From assembly GCA_964570925.1 (NCBI GenBank), contig CAZNAF010000001.1, positions 3,322 to 67,321 of the forward strand: a stretch of DNA of 64,000 nucleotides, given 5' to 3'. Shown piece by piece: positions 27,687-36,951 of the stretch; the stretch's first letter is position 1; each line of letters opens with the position of its first letter. The notes beneath the pieces are model-generated. The model had not been told where the DNA came from. It ran no database searches and was given only the letters and a program-made list of their open reading frames with translations. Source of the stretch: an uncultured Anaerolinea sp. (lineage in GTDB: Bacteria > Chloroflexota > Anaerolineae > Anaerolineales > Anaerolineaceae). The translations under genes were made by a program, and so were the position numbers.

Positions 27687-28449
27687 GATTGTTGCCATCA
27701 TCCAGGCGCGCATGAGCTCTTCACGCCTGCCAGGAAAGGCCCTGCTTGATCTTGGCGGTCGTAGCGTGACCAGCCGTATGGTCGAACGCGTCAAACTTGC
27801 GGCCAGCCTGCAGAAGGTGGTGGTGGCCACCACGGTGGACCCATCGGATGATCCGCTTGAGGCGGCCTGCCGTGCAGAGAACATTGACGTGTTCAGAGGC
27901 AGCCTGCCTGACGTGCTCGATCGTTATTATCAGGCGGCTCAAAAATATCAAGCCGACGTCGTCGTGCGTCTGACGGGGGATTGCCCGTTGATCGATCCTG
28001 TTTTGATCGATGAGGTCGTTTATGAACTGCTCGAGCGGGAGGTTGATTTTGCTTGTAACCGATTGCCGCCTCCTTTCAGCCGTACCTATCCTATCGGTCT
28101 GGACGTGGAAGCCTGTACCTTTGCCGCCCTGGAACGAGCCTGGCGCGAGGCGACAGAAAAAAAGGACCGCGAACATGTTTTGCCTTATCTTTATGAGATC
28201 GAAGGCCGTTTCAAAGTTCTGCAACTGGATTACAAGGAAGACCTGGGTTCCATGCGTTGGACGCTGGACACCCCTGAAGATTACGCCCTGCTGCAAGAGG
28301 TGCTCCGGCGCCTGAACGGACGCAACGATTTTTCGTGGTTGGACGTGCTGCAGCTTTTTAAGCAGGACCCCTCGCTGGCTGTGATCAACAGGTCCGTAAG
28401 GCATAAATCCATGTATGATGTCGAAAACCGTAAAATGAAGGATGCCTGA
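27679..28449 (+). CDS. Cytidylyltransferase, SpsF/COG1861 type (CMP-ulosonate synthetase homolog)
   Basis: IVAIIQARMSSSRLPGKAL N-terminal nucleotide-binding loop, LTGDCPLIDP. Confidence 0.8.
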   Translation: MPEIVAIIQARMSSSRLPGKALLDLGGRSVTSRMVERVKLAASLQKVVVATTVDPSDDPLEAACRAENIDVFRGSLPDVLDRYYQAAQKYQADVVVRLTGDCPLIDPVLIDEVVYELLEREVDFACNRLPPPFSRTYPIGLDVEACTFAALERAWREATEKKDREHVLPYLYEIEGRFKVLQLDYKEDLGSMRWTLDTPEDYALLQEVLRRLNGRNDFSWLDVLQLFKQDPSLAVINRSVRHKSMYDVENRKMKDA

Positions 28450-28451
28450 CC

Positions 28452-29384
28452 TTGCCTGAATTGACGCTTTTTACCGCTCCCAAGCCCTTTACCAACGCGC
28501 ACATTGCCACGATCCAGCGCAATGCCATCCGTTCTTGGCAGCAGCTGGGCAGCGGTGTGGAAGTGCTGCTTTTGGGTGATGAAAAAGGTATGGCCGAGGA
28601 AGCGCAGCGCCTGGGGGTCACTCAGATCAGGGAGGTCGCGCGTAACGCCAGCGGTACGCCTTTGATCAGCGCCCTTTTTGAAACGGCGCGGACGCGCAAC
28701 ACATCCCCTTTGCTGGCTTACGTCAACGCGGATATCCTCCTTTTTCCCGATTTTTTGACAACCGCGATAAAAACAATGACCCTGGCTGACCGCTTTTTAC
28801 TGGTCGGGCGGCGCTGGGACATGGACATCACCCGTGACCTTGATTTCACGGCCGGTTGGCAGGAGCGTCTGAAAAAGGAATGCTTTGAAAAAGGCAGCCG
28901 CCATAAACCCAGCGGCAGCGATTATTTTATCTACCCGCGAACCTGTTTCATAAACATCCCTGATTTTGCCATTGGCCGCGCCGGCTGGGATAACTGGATG
29001 ATCTATGAATCCCGCCGCCAGGGATGGAAGACCGTCGACGCCAGCGAAGAGATTCACATCATCCATCAGAATCACGACTACAGCCACCTCCCCGGCGGAC
29101 AGGCGCATTACCGCCTGCCGGAGACGGATGAAAACGTCAGGTTGGCAGGGGGGCAGCGTACCATTTTTACCCTGGCGGATACCAATTACGTTTATCACCA
29201 CGGCAGCATTAAACGACAGCGCATGAACGGCGCCCGGTTGCTGCGAGAAATTGAAATATTTCCGTTGGTTCAACTCAAATCTGTAAAATTGGGTGAGGTT
29301 TTCCACCTGTTGTCGCACCCCCGCAAGCTTTGGGCTGCCCTGCGTGCCAGGTGGAACGGAAAAAGCCGTGAAGGGAGACCCTAA
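28452..29384 (+). CDS. Hypothetical GT-A-like glycosyltransferase candidate
   Basis: 310 aa, TTG start. FTAPKPF..IQRNAIRSW N terminus, YVNADILLFPDF (DxD-like), GSDYFIY, GRAGWDNWM. Family not named. Confidence 0.5.
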   Translation: MPELTLFTAPKPFTNAHIATIQRNAIRSWQQLGSGVEVLLLGDEKGMAEEAQRLGVTQIREVARNASGTPLISALFETARTRNTSPLLAYVNADILLFPDFLTTAIKTMTLADRFLLVGRRWDMDITRDLDFTAGWQERLKKECFEKGSRHKPSGSDYFIYPRTCFINIPDFAIGRAGWDNWMIYESRRQGWKTVDASEEIHIIHQNHDYSHLPGGQAHYRLPETDENVRLAGGQRTIFTLADTNYVYHHGSIKRQRMNGARLLREIEIFPLVQLKSVKLGEVFHLLSHPRKLWAALRARWNGKSREGRP

Positions 29385-29386
29385 CC

Positions 29387-30334
29387 ATGCGCCAGGGACA
29401 AAATCCTGTAAAAAAGATCACCACCGTGGCCAAACCGCAGCGCATCACCGTGGCCATTTTGAATTACATTCCCATGTTGAGCGGCTTCTATGCCAACATG
29501 ATGGAGGTATTAAAAGCCTGTTTGGGCAGTATTTGGACCAACACGGACCTCCCTTATGATCTGATGGTCTTTGATAACGGCTCCTGCAGGGAGGTCACCG
29601 ACGCCCTTGTACAAATGCAGCGGGAAGGCAAGATCCAGTATCTCATCCTTTCTGAAAAGAACCTGGGCAAGGGAGGCGCCTGGAACCTGATGCTGGATGG
29701 CGCGCCGGGAGAGATCATTGCCTATTCTGACAACGACTGTTATTTCTACCCCGGCTGGCTTTCCAATTCCCTCAAGGTGCTTGAAACCTACCCCAACGTG
29801 GGCATGGTGACCTCGCGACCTGTCGCGCAAAAAGAGGAATTTGGCACCAGCACCATTGTCTGGGCGCAGAATACTCCAGGGGTGACCTTCGAACGCGGAC
29901 GTTTTCTGGATTGGGAAACCTTCCGTTCCTTTACCATGAGCCTGGGTCATGAAGAAGACGAAACGCGCGCCCTATATGAGACCCATCACGATTTGCGTGT
30001 CACTTACCAGGGCCTTCAGGCGCATATCGGCGCCATCCATTATCAATTCCTGGCTTACAAGAAGGTCATCAAGGAATTCCTTCCTTTCGACATGGACCGT
30101 CCCATGGGCCAGGTGCGCCAGCTTGACATCCGCATGAACGAGGCGGGTTATCTGCGTTTGATGACGGCCACCCCTTACATGCAGAACATGAGCAATGACG
30201 TTTTGAAGGAATATAAACCGGAAACCGGAAAATCCGGCAAGGTTTCTTTATCAAAACGCCTGCGTGAAGTTAAATTGATCAAGTGGCCCTTGATGCGCTT
30301 GTATGACTGGATCTTTGGATTGTATTATCGTTAA
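29387..30334 (+). CDS. GT2-family glycosyltransferase
   Basis: ITVAILNY, FDNGSCREV, YSDNDC (DxD). Confidence 0.75.
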   Translation: MRQGQNPVKKITTVAKPQRITVAILNYIPMLSGFYANMMEVLKACLGSIWTNTDLPYDLMVFDNGSCREVTDALVQMQREGKIQYLILSEKNLGKGGAWNLMLDGAPGEIIAYSDNDCYFYPGWLSNSLKVLETYPNVGMVTSRPVAQKEEFGTSTIVWAQNTPGVTFERGRFLDWETFRSFTMSLGHEEDETRALYETHHDLRVTYQGLQAHIGAIHYQFLAYKKVIKEFLPFDMDRPMGQVRQLDIRMNEAGYLRLMTATPYMQNMSNDVLKEYKPETGKSGKVSLSKRLREVKLIKWPLMRLYDWIFGLYYR

Positions 30335-30366
30335 ATTTTTTGGGTTTGAAACCTCTCTCATGTTTT

Positions 30367-30396
30367 CGTAGGGGAGGTTCATGAACCTCCCCTACG
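30367..30396 (+). promoter_or_regulatory. Perfect 30-nt palindrome enclosing the SD and start codon of the next gene
   Basis: CGTAGGGGAGGTTCATGAACCTCCCCTACG. Every position pairs with its mirror. GGGGAGG is the SD and the central CATG contains ATG 30381. Confidence 0.7.
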
Positions 30397-31274
30397 AGGA
30401 ATTTTATTATAAGGATTTTAATTTGAAAAAAGACCTGCTTGAACTGATGCGTTGTCCCAAGTGCCACGCCCCATTGAAAGGGGAAGGCGAGGGGTTGGTG
30501 TGCACTAAATGTGCCTATTCAGCGCGGATGGTGGATGGCATCGCCTTGTTTACCGATGTCCCCGCCACCCTCGAACCCTGGGAAAAGGTTGAACGCGGTC
30601 CAGACAAAGGCACCGCCTGGCGTAAATCCAACTGGAAGTTCCTGCACGGGCTGGTTGGAAAACTTCCCGCAGGAGCCCGCATCCTGGATGTGGGGGCCGG
30701 TCACGGTGATTTCGCCGATATCTTCGAAGGCTGCACTTCATACGCGCTGGATATTGTGCCTTACCCTGAAGTGGACCTGGTCACCGATCTGGGGGAGGTG
30801 AATCCCTTTAAGGACGGCGCGTTTGACGCCGTGGTGATGATGAACGTACTTGAGCACGTTTACGAAAGCCGCGCCTTGTTGAGATCCGTGGCGCGAATTG
30901 TTGCTCCCGGAGGGGCGGTGATCATCACCGTGCCCTTCCTCTTAAAGGTTCACCAGGCGCCGTTCGATTTCGCTCGCTACACTCCCTTCTTTATCGAAAA
31001 AATGGCCCCCGAGACGAAACTTCAGGTGGAAAGCTTGCAGGCCTATTATGATCCGCAGTATCTTCTCAATGAAAGCCTGGGGAACGCATGGCAGTATTCC
31101 ATTGACTCGCAGCCAAAATGGCAGCAGGTGCTGGCCAAAGGGCTGGTGTTTTTCATTCAGCGTTTGATCAACCTGTTTGGCCGGGTGACGCGCAAGGGCT
31201 ACATTGCCGATGCAGCCACGCAGCCTAATCCCGCCCCCGTGGGATACCTGGTGGTGTTGAGGAAGAAGGCTTGA
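30381..31274 (+). CDS. SAM-dependent methyltransferase with N-terminal Trm112-like zinc ribbon
   Basis: LMRCPKCHAPL..LVCTKCAY zinc ribbon. Motif I ILDVGAGHGDF. VVMMNVLEHV. Confidence 0.8.
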   Translation: MNLPYEEFYYKDFNLKKDLLELMRCPKCHAPLKGEGEGLVCTKCAYSARMVDGIALFTDVPATLEPWEKVERGPDKGTAWRKSNWKFLHGLVGKLPAGARILDVGAGHGDFADIFEGCTSYALDIVPYPEVDLVTDLGEVNPFKDGAFDAVVMMNVLEHVYESRALLRSVARIVAPGGAVIITVPFLLKVHQAPFDFARYTPFFIEKMAPETKLQVESLQAYYDPQYLLNESLGNAWQYSIDSQPKWQQVLAKGLVFFIQRLINLFGRVTRKGYIADAATQPNPAPVGYLVVLRKKA

Positions 31275-32710
31275 TGAGCGGCGCAGGCAAAACGGTTTTT
31301 ATCAGCGCCGACCACGGATTGGCGATCATCTATTTTCTGCAGAGCGCGGTGGTCAGCACCCTGATCGAAAAAGGCGCCCGCGTGGTGGTTCTCACCGATG
31401 ACGGGCTGGTCGAACAGATCAAAGAACGTTTTGGCATGCCCGGCATGATCGTGGAAGGCCTTCGTTTTAAGGAATGCCAGAAATACGCCGCGGAGGTGAA
31501 GCCCTCTTTGCAGTATTGGGCGAATTTCATCAGACGCGTGGGAACCTCCAACCGCATCAACACCGAAGCCATGGATAGTCACATCCGGCAGGTGGAGACG
31601 GAAGCCATCGGCACGCAGCGACTGAAAGCGCTGCTGGCGCGCCTTCTGATCACCCTAATGCGTAATTCCAAAGCCGCGCGCCGCGCTTTGGTTCGCTGGC
31701 AGATGCGCTTCACCCCCGCCATTTATGCGGACCTGTTCGAGAAATACAAACCCGACCTGGTCGTGTCAGCGACTTACGGCTGGCGCAATGACCGCTATCT
31801 GTTGCGTGAAGCCGTTCAGCGCGGCATCAAGACCGGCGCGGTAATCGTCGGATGGGATAACCCAAGCAGCTACGGTATCCCCGCCGCCCCGCTGGATTTC
31901 GTAACCTGCTGGTCTGAGATCCAGAAGCAGGAACTGGTGGACGGCTCAGACTGGGATCCCGAAAAAGTGAACATCGGCGGCATCCCCTCCTATGACGGCT
32001 ATTTCAGCAAGGAGTGGCTCATCCCGCGAGACGAGTACTTCAAGATGCACAACCTTGACCCCAGGCGCAAGTTGATCACGTACGCCTCCAGCTTCATCAC
32101 CTTCGCGCCCAATTACCTCAATATTGAAGCGCTTGCCAATCTGGTGGCGCAGGACCGTCTGTCCGAACCCTCTCAGCTGCTCATCCGCCTGCACCCCAAT
32201 CATTTCATGGATGAACCGCTTTACGCCGATGAAGGCAGCCGCGTTCGCGCGCTGGCACGCAGCCTGCCCAACGTGCACGTGGTGGAGCCGGTGGCCCTGG
32301 GTGGCGACCTGGGTTATTACTCCGGGGAGGACATGCCCGAGAAGACATCCATGATGGCCTACTCAGACGTCTTCACCACGGTGTATTCCACCATGTGTGT
32401 CGAAACGGCCATCCATGAAAGACCCATCGTGAGCGTGTGCATTGACACGCCCGGAGGCTGGAACAAGGCGCACAAGTTTTCGCTTAAACTTTCGAAGATC
32501 GGCGATTGGCCGACTCATCAGCGTTTCAGGCAGGCCGGGGCAGGGCGGGTGGCCTTAAATGCGGATCAATTGCAGGAGCATCTGAACACTTATTTAAGTG
32601 ATCCATCGCTTGACGCGGAAAAACGGTCCAAATTCATCGCCGACGAGATCACTTTCACAGACGGCAGCGCCGGAACGCGCACCGCGGATTACCTGTTCTC
32701 ACTTTTATGA
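31274..32710 (+). CDS. HP-motif GT-B protein (Capsule_synth / TagF-like), paralog 2
   Basis: LLIRLHPNH and YSTMCVETAIHERPIV align with 21029 and 37825. ATG 31274 gives a TGATG overlap with the upstream stop (ORF track starts at TTG 31271). Confidence 0.7.
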   Translation: MSGAGKTVFISADHGLAIIYFLQSAVVSTLIEKGARVVVLTDDGLVEQIKERFGMPGMIVEGLRFKECQKYAAEVKPSLQYWANFIRRVGTSNRINTEAMDSHIRQVETEAIGTQRLKALLARLLITLMRNSKAARRALVRWQMRFTPAIYADLFEKYKPDLVVSATYGWRNDRYLLREAVQRGIKTGAVIVGWDNPSSYGIPAAPLDFVTCWSEIQKQELVDGSDWDPEKVNIGGIPSYDGYFSKEWLIPRDEYFKMHNLDPRRKLITYASSFITFAPNYLNIEALANLVAQDRLSEPSQLLIRLHPNHFMDEPLYADEGSRVRALARSLPNVHVVEPVALGGDLGYYSGEDMPEKTSMMAYSDVFTTVYSTMCVETAIHERPIVSVCIDTPGGWNKAHKFSLKLSKIGDWPTHQRFRQAGAGRVALNADQLQEHLNTYLSDPSLDAEKRSKFIADEITFTDGSAGTRTADYLFSLL

Positions 32711-32765
32711 GGATGGTAGCCGTCCTGATTTATAATCAAGACGACAGGAACAGTGTGAATTATTA

Positions 32766-33770
32766 ATGAAGACGTTGATTGCAGGCTTTGGTTCGATCGG
32801 TCGCAGGCACCTCAACAACCTCCGCGTGCTTGGCGAGACGGAGTTTGTGTTGCTGCGTTCCAACCGTTCAACCCTGCCTGATAACGAGATCAAAGGCTTG
32901 CCGTTCGAAACGGACATCGAATCCGCGTTGGCGCATAAACCCCAGGCCGTGGTGATCGCCAACCCCACCGCGCTGCACCTTGATGTGGCCATCCCCGCGG
33001 CCAGGTCCGGCTGTTCCATCCTCATGGAAAAACCTGTCTCGCATAATCAAGATCGCGTGCGCGAGTTTGCGGACGCGCTGAAAATGGGCGGCAGCCGGGT
33101 GCTGATCGGGTTCCAGTTTCGCTTCCATCCCGGTTTGCGTCAGGTTAAAACCTGGCTGGATGCCGGAGAGATCGGAGAGCCTGTTTCCTGCCGCGCGCAT
33201 TGGGGCGAATACCTGCCTGACTGGCACCCCTGGGAAGATTATCGCAAGGGATACAGCGCACGTGCCGACCTGGGAGGCGGTGTGGTGCACACGCTCAGCC
33301 ATCCGCTGGATTACCAGCGCTGGTTCTTTGGCGAGGTCAGTTCGCTTTACGCCGAGACCTCCGCGCAGGGCGGATTGGACCTCGACGTGGAAGATACGGC
33401 CGAGATCAGCATGTGTTTCAAAAACGGCCTTCTCTCTTCCACGCACCTTGATTACGTGCAGCGACCGCCTGAACATTCGCTGAAGATCATCGGCACGCAA
33501 GGCACCATCCTGTGGGATAACGCATCAGGGATTGCCAGCTGTTTTAATGCCAGGGCAGGTCAATGGCTTAGATCTTCTTTGCCTGAGGGTTTTGAGCGCA
33601 ACAGCCTGTTTTTGGAGGAAATGAACCATTTTCTGGCAGTCGTCAGGGGCAACGCCGAACCGGTTTGTACCCTGGCGGACGGTTTATCCGCCCTGACCCT
33701 GGCTGAAGCGGTCCATCGTTCAGCGAAGGAAGGCAATCGTATTGAGATTCGCGATCCTTTGGAGAACTAA
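32766..33770 (+). CDS. Gfo/Idh/MocA-family NAD(P)-dependent oxidoreductase
   Basis: N-terminal Rossmann LIAGFGSIGRRH and the family EKP motif (ILMEKPV). Confidence 0.8.
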   Translation: MKTLIAGFGSIGRRHLNNLRVLGETEFVLLRSNRSTLPDNEIKGLPFETDIESALAHKPQAVVIANPTALHLDVAIPAARSGCSILMEKPVSHNQDRVREFADALKMGGSRVLIGFQFRFHPGLRQVKTWLDAGEIGEPVSCRAHWGEYLPDWHPWEDYRKGYSARADLGGGVVHTLSHPLDYQRWFFGEVSSLYAETSAQGGLDLDVEDTAEISMCFKNGLLSSTHLDYVQRPPEHSLKIIGTQGTILWDNASGIASCFNARAGQWLRSSLPEGFERNSLFLEEMNHFLAVVRGNAEPVCTLADGLSALTLAEAVHRSAKEGNRIEIRDPLEN

Positions 33771-34589
33771 ATGACGATTTTAGATAAATTCACGATGACA
33801 GGCAAGGTCGCGCTGGTGACCGGAGGAGCCGGGCTGCTGGGCAGGGAGTTTTGCCGCACCCTCGCCGAAGCCGGTGGGACGGTCTATCTGGCCGATCGCG
33901 ACCCGGCCCTGATCGAGCGTTCATTGGATGACTTAAGGGAATTTTCTCACTTGATCCACGGGGTGAAAGTGGATGTGACCGATCCGGTTTCTGTCAGGCA
34001 GGTTGTGGAAGGGATCGTCGGGGAGGCGAATTCGCTGGACGTTTTGGTCAACAGCGCGGCGCTGGACCCGAAATTTGATCCGCAGCACCCCCGCCTGTAT
34101 GACAACGCATTTGAAGAGTACCCCCTGGCTTCCTGGCAGGAAGGGTTATCGGTCAATCTCACCGGCAGCTTCCTCGCTTCTCAGGCGGCTGCAAGACAGA
34201 TGGTCAAACAAGATGCCGGTTCCATCATCAATCTTTGTTCGACCTATGGCCTGGTTGGGCCTGACCAGAGAGTCTATGAAGAACCCGGAAAACCCCGCAA
34301 CTATAAACCGGCTTTTTATTCGGTCACCAAGGCGGGGATTCTCGGATTCACCCGCTATCTGGCGGCTTATTACGCGAACACAGGCATCCGGGTCAACGCG
34401 CTCAGTCCCGGCGGGGTGGAGAATGACCATGAGGAGCATTTTGTGACCAATTATTCCGCGCGTACGATCCTGGGTAGGATGGCGCATCGCGACGAGATGA
34501 ACGGGGCACTCCTGTTTTTGGCATCGGAGGCTTCTTCGTATATGACAGGGGCGAACCTGGTGGTGGATGGAGGATGGACGGCATGGTAA
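33771..34589 (+). CDS. Short-chain dehydrogenase/reductase (classical SDR)
   Basis: VTGGAGLLG, NSAA, YSVTKAG (YxxxK). Confidence 0.8.
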   Translation: MTILDKFTMTGKVALVTGGAGLLGREFCRTLAEAGGTVYLADRDPALIERSLDDLREFSHLIHGVKVDVTDPVSVRQVVEGIVGEANSLDVLVNSAALDPKFDPQHPRLYDNAFEEYPLASWQEGLSVNLTGSFLASQAAARQMVKQDAGSIINLCSTYGLVGPDQRVYEEPGKPRNYKPAFYSVTKAGILGFTRYLAAYYANTGIRVNALSPGGVENDHEEHFVTNYSARTILGRMAHRDEMNGALLFLASEASSYMTGANLVVDGGWTAW

Positions 34590-35812
34590 AGAAACCTGAG
34601 GTACTGGCGGTGATCCCCGCCCGCGGGGGTTCCAAGGGCATCCCGCGCAAGAACATACGTGATTTTGCCGGTTTTCCGTTGATCGCCTACAGTATCGTGG
34701 CGGCCACGCAATCCAAAATGGTGACCCGCACCATTGTCTCCACGGACGATGAAGAGATCGCCTCAGTCGCCCGCCAGTTTGGCGCCGAGACTCCATTTTT
34801 ACGTCCGGCTGAATTTGCACAGGACAACACCACCGATCTGCCCGTTTTTGAACACGCGCTCAAATGGCTGGAGGAAAACGAAGGCTACGTCCCCGATGTG
34901 GTGGTGCAGCTTCGTCCGACCTCGCCGGTCAGACCCCCAGATTGCGTGGATGACGCGGTGAACACGCTGCTTTCTCACCCGGATGCGGATTCAGTGCGCG
35001 GTGTGGTGGAAGCCGCACAATGTCCTTATAAAATGTGGCTCCTGGACCCATCCAAAGGAACCATGAATCCCTTGTTAGGCGTGGAAGGCGTACTAGAGGC
35101 CTTTAACGCCCCCCGCCAGCAATTGCCCGTGGCATACTGGCAAACCGGGCATATTGACGCCATCCGCCCGCATGCCATCTTGAAACTACGATCCATGAGC
35201 GGGCGTGTTATCCTGCCGCTGGTGATCGACCAGCGTTACACCGTGGATATCGATAACCATCGTGACTGGCAGCAGGCCGAGTGGCTGGTCAGGGAGGGCG
35301 GATTGCCCATGGTGGATCCTGCCGCGTTGCGACGGCCTGTTCCACAAAAAGCAGCCCTGCTCGTGATGGATTTTGACGGCGTTCTGACGGACAACCGCGT
35401 ATGGGTCAACGAAAAAGGGGAGGAATGTGTGGCGGCCAACCGTAGTGACAGTCTGGGGCTGACCCTCTTGCGCGAAAAGACAGGCATCGAAGTACTGGTC
35501 CTGTCGAAAGAGCGTAATCCGGTGGTGGAAGCTCGCTGCCGCAAAATGAAGGTGGCTGCGATCCAATCTGTGGATGACAAGGCCGCCGAATTGACACGCA
35601 TCATGGCTGAAAAGGGACTGCAGCCCGGGCAGGTGATCTACATGGGCAACGACACCAACGACCTGCCTTGTTTCCCGCTGGTCGGATTCGCCGTGGCGCC
35701 CGCGGACGCGCACCCCGAAGTAATGCGGCATGCTGACCTGGTGCTAACCCTTCACGGCGGTCATGGCGCCGTGCGAGAGCTTTGTGATATTTTAAGGTCT
35801 CGATTACAATAG
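34583..35812 (+). CDS. Bifunctional acylneuraminate-type cytidylyltransferase / KdsC-like HAD phosphatase
   Basis: N-domain AVIPARGGSKGIPRKN (NeuA/CTP_transf_3). C-domain MDFDGVLTDN..GNDTNDL..GGHGAVRE matches the KdsC/YrbI pattern. ATG 34583 has GGAGGA 8 nt upstream. 34574 is the alternative. Confidence 0.8.
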   Translation: MVKKPEVLAVIPARGGSKGIPRKNIRDFAGFPLIAYSIVAATQSKMVTRTIVSTDDEEIASVARQFGAETPFLRPAEFAQDNTTDLPVFEHALKWLEENEGYVPDVVVQLRPTSPVRPPDCVDDAVNTLLSHPDADSVRGVVEAAQCPYKMWLLDPSKGTMNPLLGVEGVLEAFNAPRQQLPVAYWQTGHIDAIRPHAILKLRSMSGRVILPLVIDQRYTVDIDNHRDWQQAEWLVREGGLPMVDPAALRRPVPQKAALLVMDFDGVLTDNRVWVNEKGEECVAANRSDSLGLTLLREKTGIEVLVLSKERNPVVEARCRKMKVAAIQSVDDKAAELTRIMAEKGLQPGQVIYMGNDTNDLPCFPLVGFAVAPADAHPEVMRHADLVLTLHGGHGAVRELCDILRSRLQ

Positions 35813-35857
35813 GGTTTCCTATCTGCATTGCTGATTCTGCTCCAAGGAGAGTTGTGA

Positions 35858-36919
35858 ATGTTTGACATTGAATTTTATATGAAAGTTTACGATCTGAAGA
35901 AACGCCTCATGGGCGGCGAGAAGATGGAACGGGATTTTCTGGTTAGCCAGCTTGAATCTTTCCGTTCACACAACCCCGTTGTATACAACATTGAAACCAC
36001 CAACGCCTGCAACATGCGTTGCGAAATGTGCCCGCGTACCACCATCATGACCCGACCGATCGAGACCATGAAGCCGGAACTTTTCAAGAGGGTCATCGAC
36101 CAGTTGCAACCCTTCAGCAGTGAACAGCTGGCCCGCTGGGAAGATTTTGTGGTCCGGAACTACGGGATCAAAAAGGATGAAATGAACGAGAATCATTACT
36201 TCCTTTATGTCATCCCGCGCGTGATCGTGCTGCACGGTTACGGTGATCCGCTGCTCGACAAGAGCATGCCCCAGTACGTGAAATGGATGACCGAAAAAGG
36301 GCTGCAAAGTTATTTTTCCTGCAACCCGGCCAACATTAACATGGAACGCACCATTGAAACCTTTGAGAATGGGTTGGGCTACGTGAAATACTCCATCGAG
36401 AGTGTGGATGATCTGCGACATAAGGAAGTTCGCGGACAGGCTTCCAATTTTACCGAGTCCTACAAGAACATCCTCAAGTTGCTAGATCTGAAAGCCCAGC
36501 GAAATTACAAGACCACCATCGTCATCACCATGATCAATCTCAACAAACCCTGGCAGCAAGACGAGTTTGCCCGTCTGCAGGAAGCCTTCAAGGGCATGGA
36601 CGTTTACGTGTATCTCAAGAGCCAGGATCAGATGTGGTATGAAGACAACCAACAAACCACGCAATCCATTCACTGGCTTGAATTTTGCCAGTTCCCCTGG
36701 TCGTCCATGACCATTAAATCGAATGGCGAAGCCGTGGAGTGCGTGGAAGATTTCAACAACGAGATCATCCTGGGACACGCCGCCACCGAATCCCTGGTGG
36801 ATATCTGGAATGGCGAGAAGTATAAACAATTCCGTAACGATCACTTTGACCTGAAACCCGGGATCAAGTGCACGGAACAATGTGACATGAATTTGATCGG
36901 CAGCTTTTTGGCTGCCTGA
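35858..36919 (+). CDS. Radical SAM enzyme with SPASM/twitch-like C-terminal domain
   Basis: CNMRCEMC (CxxxCxxC), GYGDPLLD (GGE-like SAM motif). C-terminal Cys pattern FCQFPW..GEAVEC..LGHA..DIWNG..KCTEQC. SD AAGGAGAG. Confidence 0.8.
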   Translation: MFDIEFYMKVYDLKKRLMGGEKMERDFLVSQLESFRSHNPVVYNIETTNACNMRCEMCPRTTIMTRPIETMKPELFKRVIDQLQPFSSEQLARWEDFVVRNYGIKKDEMNENHYFLYVIPRVIVLHGYGDPLLDKSMPQYVKWMTEKGLQSYFSCNPANINMERTIETFENGLGYVKYSIESVDDLRHKEVRGQASNFTESYKNILKLLDLKAQRNYKTTIVITMINLNKPWQQDEFARLQEAFKGMDVYVYLKSQDQMWYEDNQQTTQSIHWLEFCQFPWSSMTIKSNGEAVECVEDFNNEIILGHAATESLVDIWNGEKYKQFRNDHFDLKPGIKCTEQCDMNLIGSFLAA

Positions 36920-36951
36920 ACCCGTCTGCGATTACCAATCAGGAGAGATGA

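Noticed and set aside
26142-28404. Long antisense ORFs 26142..26654 (170 aa) and 27721..28404 (227 aa).
   Set aside because: They are opposite NeuB-1/GT4 and the SpsF-type cytidylyltransferase, which carry strong family signatures. Such shadow ORFs are typical of moderately GC-rich coding DNA.
23544-28449. Calling this block a standard pseudaminic acid (pseBCHGIF) cluster.
   Set aside because: Only PseB-, PseI- and PseF-like functions are present. The aminotransferase, N-acetyltransferase and UDP-sugar hydrolase are absent from the whole window, and an RmlD-like reductase occupies the PseC position.
32868-35731. Antisense ORFs 32868..33500 (210 aa), 34146..34820 (224 aa) and 35186..35731 (181 aa).
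   Set aside because: Same reasoning: each lies opposite a well-supported plus-strand gene, has Arg/His/Gly-rich composition and has no SD.
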